Positions 48,956 through 51,626 of a DNA stretch of 51,626 nt are shown here, in pieces. The DNA is from Octopus sinensis. Lineage: Eukaryota. The DNA lies in the NCBI RefSeq assembly GCF_006345805.1, contig NW_021834193.1:1-51626 (forward strand), written 5' to 3'. How positions within the stretch are numbered: position 1 is the stretch's first letter; each line of letters opens with the position of its first letter. Made by a program: the position numbers and the translations under genes. The notes beneath the pieces are model-generated. The model had not been told where the DNA came from. It was given only the letters and a program-made list of their open reading frames with translations, and searched no databases.

Positions 48956-50816
48956 TTATTCCATAATATTTTTATAAAGTTTCTTTGAGAAACTTCTCCC
49001 TAGCGATCCGACATCGTTAGAAAATTTCTGTTTTATGTCACTGTATGTCTTTTGGTTAATTTTAATGGTGAGAATGTGTGCTGGTGGTGTGTTGTGTGTA
49101 GGTATTATGAAATCTGTAATGTTTGTGCTTGTGTTGTCTTTTATATATGAAACGAGTTTTTCATTTTTTGTGTTTATGGCTGTAATCGTGTCTGTATGTG
49201 TTGGTGTGTGTGGCAGTGGCAGTAGTGGTGTCGAAAGTGTTGTTGCTTGTTGTTGTGAGTGTGTGTTATTGTTGTTGTTGTTGATGTTGGGAAGCCCTAT
49301 TTGTTCGTGCTTCCCATGTGTGTCTTTTTGCTTCTTCCTCCTCTTTTTATTCGGAGGCACTGTGTGCCATTCACCTTTCTCGGTATCAGTGCTCGCACAG
49401 TCCGAGCTGTCCTGATCCGGAAATGGGATGGCTGTCGGGTCCGCTTCAGCAGCAGGGCGAAAAATTGTTGGTTTTGCTGGTAGCGGTGGTGTTGCTGTAT
49501 CTGTTGGTGATGGTGACGGTGTCGGGGATTCTTCTTCCTTTTTTTGTTGTTGTTTTTCTTGGTGTTGGTTTGGTGGTTGGAGGTGGTGTTGTTCGTCGTG
49601 GTGGTGGTGATGGTGTTGGTGGTGTGGCAGCCTTTGGTGTTTCTTGCTGTTGTTGTTTCTGTTGTTGTTGCTGCTGCTGCTGCCTCTTGCCGTCTGCCTC
49701 CATTCTTTTCTCGTAAATGGGGCAGTCCCTTTTTAGGTGGCTTTCGCTGCTGCAGAGGTAACATTTTGGCTTTCGCCCCTCCACAGCAACGTGCAGCCGG
49801 GTGCCGTCCGGCAAATTTACCGAGTCAGGTATGGCATTAATGTTTCCCTGCTGGATTTGTACCAGCAATTGAACTCCCATACCTGACCAGTTTTTTCCAT
49901 CACTCTCCGTACATCCAGAATAGTGGCAGTGTCCTCTATGTCATAGAGGACAGCTGCCACTAGCCATGATATATTTAGTTCGGGGGGGAGGTCGATTTTT
50001 ATTTTCGTTACTCTCCGCCCGAGGTACGTTGAGACGAGTAACAAATTTTCATTTTGCAAGGGCGAAATGACATGCGCCCTTGCATCCTCCTCCGTTCGGA
50101 AACGAACCTCTACGATTCCAAAACGCTTCCCCTTGGTTACATAGCTCTTTTGGCCCCAAATGGGCTTCAGAGCTATTTCCAATTGTTGGGGTTTTGCGTT
50201 AATTAGTTTTTTGTTTTTCTTGTCGAAAACCTTGTAAAATATTGTCTTTTTGTTAGTGTCATGTATGAGTTGTTGAGGTGTATTGAGGAAAACACTGTTC
50301 CCCTCTTTTCTCAACAACTCTTTTGCGCTTTTTATTTCCTCCATCGTAACGTTTACTTCCTCCGAGCTTTGTTTTGCAGCGGAGGCGAATTTACTACGAT
50401 AGCTTGTTGTGTTGTTGCTGGTGGTGGTGTCAGTGTGGTTGCTGGTCATTTTCTTTCTCTCCTTCTCCGGTACTGGAGCACAGGTGGAGGGAAGAGAAGG
50501 AAAATCTTCGATGACGTCAAAGGTGACGCCATCGTTGTCACTTTTCTTTGGAACGCTCTTTCTTCCCTCCTTCTCCGGTACCGGAGCATTGGTGTTAGGG
50601 AAGAGGAGGTAAATCTTCAATGACGTCGAAAGTGACGTCCTGGTGGTTTTCTTTCTCCTTTCGAACGCTGCACGTGCTTACAGTTTCGATCAGAGGATTT
50701 TTGTTGCCTTTTATGGCGCGAAGTGGGCGGGTTGGAACCGTGTTTGGTGATGTGTGTGTTTGCTGAGGGGGTTTTGATGGTAGAAGGGAACAGCCGACTG
50801 GTCTCTTCATAGCCAT
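48956..50816 (-). pseudogene. Tx1/L1 ORF1 (RNA-binding protein with CCHC knuckle), frameshifted
   Basis: ATG at 50816; RFGIVEVRFRTEEDA (RRM-like) and CYLCSSESHLKRDC (CX2CX4HX4C); split over four frames. Confidence 0.85.
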
Positions 50817-51037
50817 TTTGTTTTAAAATGTTCGTAAAAATTTTTGCAATTGTAAAGTTCAAGCAGTAATTTTACCTCCAATGGAGTAAAATTTTGCCGA
50901 GCCAACTAGCTCCGCTAGAAGTTAGTTGGCTTCGTGACACAAATATCGAAAAATATAAAAACTTTTACAGAAATTTCCAATTAAATTGGCACAAAACTTA
51001 CGGAACAGCTTTACACACGTCCGTCCTTTCGAGAAGG

Positions 51038-51100
<63 letters not shown>

Positions 51101-51101
51101 C

Positions 51102-51137
<36 letters not shown>

Positions 51138-51158
51138 TAATAATAATAATAATAATAA
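51038..51158. repeat. (AAT)n tract at the 5' junction of the Tx1-like element
   Basis: Directly visible. Confidence 0.95.
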
Positions 51159-51160
51159 AA

Positions 51161-51620
51161 GATTGACTACAGCTAATATTCTGCTCAATGCCAGATTTGC
51201 TTCTAGTTGTTTGACCTTAACCAGTTGAGCATGTCCCTTGGTGGCTGACGATATGTGCATCTTCGATCATGAGTACAAGCAGTGGGAGAGCATCATAATC
51301 ATGTGTTGAGAAGCATTCGTTGGGGTTTCGATAATTCACCCCTGAAAACATTGGCGTTTCGTTCAACTTACTTTAAAAACCCTTATTCAGGGACATTTTG
51401 CGCTTGATAGGCTATTCGACTTGAAGAAAATTCTAACTGGCTTCAACCTGCAATCTCATGCGTCGTCAATCTTGATATGAGATCACCATGTTGCGCTCAT
51501 ATATGGTTGTGATGCATGTGACTGGTGTACCCTTATAACAAGTGCAGTCGTGATGGGTATACTGTGCTTCGTATATTTGTACCCAGTACCATTTTGATGG
51601 CATACACTGCTCTCTCACTC
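51161..51620 (+). mobile_element. Family X retroposon 3' segment, second copy
   Basis: Homologous to the reverse complement of 24066-24580. Confidence 0.7.
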
Positions 51621-51626
51621 AAAAAG

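Larger units (their letters stand above)
45506..51037 (-). mobile_element. Near full-length Tx1/L1-clade LINE flanked by (AAT)n
   Basis: ORF1 with RRM-like region and CCHC, ORF2 with APE, RT and C-terminal zinc finger; AATAAA at 45514-45519 (minus strand) with a short A-rich tail. Confidence 0.93.

Noticed and set aside
45944-50623. Plus-strand ORFs overlapping the Tx1-like element, and similar antisense ORFs over the Dong-like copies
   Set aside because: Antisense shadows of TE coding sequence with no independent motifs.

Overview
Eukaryotic, AT-rich, microsatellite-saturated window that is probably intronic or intergenic. The SINE and LINE content resembles Octopus repeats; this is inferred from recall, not from a search. 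No intact protein-coding gene, rRNA, true tRNA or CRISPR array is supportable, and nearly all ORF-track entries are microsatellite or antisense artefacts. The window holds decayed mariner and Tc1 transposons, several tRNA-derived SINEs, fold-back MITE-like elements, four lineages of RLE-type (R4/Dong-like) LINEs and a near full-length Tx1/L1-clade LINE. Two patterns stand out. (1) A non-coding, highly structured 488-bp unit is present as 1.6 head-to-tail copies (33449-34237) and contains a type I hammerhead ribozyme with a complete catalytic core. This is the architecture expected of a retrozyme (circular-RNA retroelement) or a Penelope-type pseudo-LTR. Five other locus types carry minimal or degenerate hammerhead-like motifs. 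(2) (AAT)n microsatellites act as landing pads where unrelated retroelements are stacked, including a Tx1-like element flanked by (AAT)n on both sides. All structures were read by eye; nothing was folded, aligned or searched computationally.
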